Positions 63,041 through 64,000 of a stretch of 64,000 nucleotides of DNA are shown here, in pieces; within the stretch, counting starts at the first letter, position 1, and every line of letters starts with the position of its first letter. The DNA is from Malacoraja senta. Its lineage: Eukaryota. The stretch spans positions 17,918,001 to 17,982,000 of the forward strand of contig CM075982.1 of NCBI GenBank assembly GCA_038087875.1, given 5' to 3'. The position numbers and the translations under genes are program-made. Below the pieces are notes generated by a model. The model was given only the letters and a program-made list of their open reading frames with translations, did not search any database and was not told the origin of the DNA.

Positions 63041-64000
63041 TTTTGTTGCCAACAAAAGGTGCCAGTTTGCATATAATGATTCAATGGTGCGTTATTGTCA
63101 CATGTGCAAATATACAGTGAAATTATTTTCTTCCAAACAGTCCAGTAAGGTATTGCCATATTCAAGTATAATCTCCAGATTAGCAAAGTGTGCAGAAATA
63201 GTCCACTGAGCCTGCATGTAAAAGGCACCCCGTTTTGGCAGTTCCCTCAACACTATTCACAGCTGTACATAAAACTGCAATGAACTTTTTAGAGAAGCCG
63301 GTACCCCTTACCAGCGCATACAGTCACAAGAAAGAGCATTGCCCCTTGGTGAATGTCACAGATGCGGATTGCTTTATCATTATTACAGTGCTGTTCATGT
63401 GAGCTTGTAGTATGCACATTGGATGTTGCAGTTCCACATTACAATCGTGACTAGGCTTCAAAAACGGGTTTACTATTCGAAAACCAATTTGAGCCATAGT
63501 CAAAGGGGCTCCAGAAATAAGAGTCTTTCTCTTTTAGTTATTGTCCAAATGCCCACAACTAGAGGGACAATAACATCAAATGTTATCTTTGAACGCACAT
63601 GTCATCTTAATTTGGAAATATGTTGTTTTTGCTTTTGTTCTGCGGCGTCAAATTCTACCTTTACCACACAAATTCCTTTGCCACACAGATTATTCACGTA
63701 GTGCACCTAATCTGATGGAAATCAACTGCAATCTGCAGATTGGCAACCAATCCTACCTTTACATTCAGCCATTAGAAGGTAAAAATACTGACTCTTGCTC
63801 AATTCATATCGTCCTGACAGCATTACCAATGTCTCAGCAGCTGCATCACCACCACAGTGATGTTATCCTTTTACTGTTACCAAGGAGATTGCCACTGGCA
63901 ACAATGATCCAATGTGCACTCAAATGAAAACAGGTTAGGCCCCAACTCTTGATAACTGAAAGTAGCTCATAAGTAATATTCACAGATGTCTCATGAAGAT

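Overview
This is eukaryotic vertebrate genomic DNA. The repeat content (HE1/V-SINEs, HER1/CR1 LINEs, Penelope-like elements) points to an elasmobranch, probably a skate or ray (inference). The only host protein-coding sequence I can support is the terminal coding exon of 14-3-3 gamma (YWHAG, 40390-41046, +), followed by a roughly 2.6 kb 3' UTR with no recognisable repeats. Exon 1 is not visible, so 1-40389 is probably intron. The rest is a dense patchwork of transposons: CR1, Rex1/Babar, one near-intact AT-rich L2/Crack-like LINE, Penelope-like elements (PLEs), tRNA-derived V-SINEs, Deu-core SINEs and MITEs sharing an AGGGCCTGTCCCAC terminus. The most notable signals are self-cleaving RNAs. 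(1) A 207-bp non-coding retroposon (62193-62399, minus) begins with a complete HDV-like double-pseudoknot ribozyme, and its target-site duplication abuts the predicted cleavage site. (2) About ten minimal hammerhead motifs, several decayed, sit in PLE terminal repeats, one of them well folded and sense to the YWHAG intron. Other points of interest are nested long inverted repeats upstream of the YWHAG exon and a GC-rich retroposon family with a covarying 3' stem-loop. All calls were made by eye, and repeat boundaries are approximate unless a TSD or TIR is quoted.
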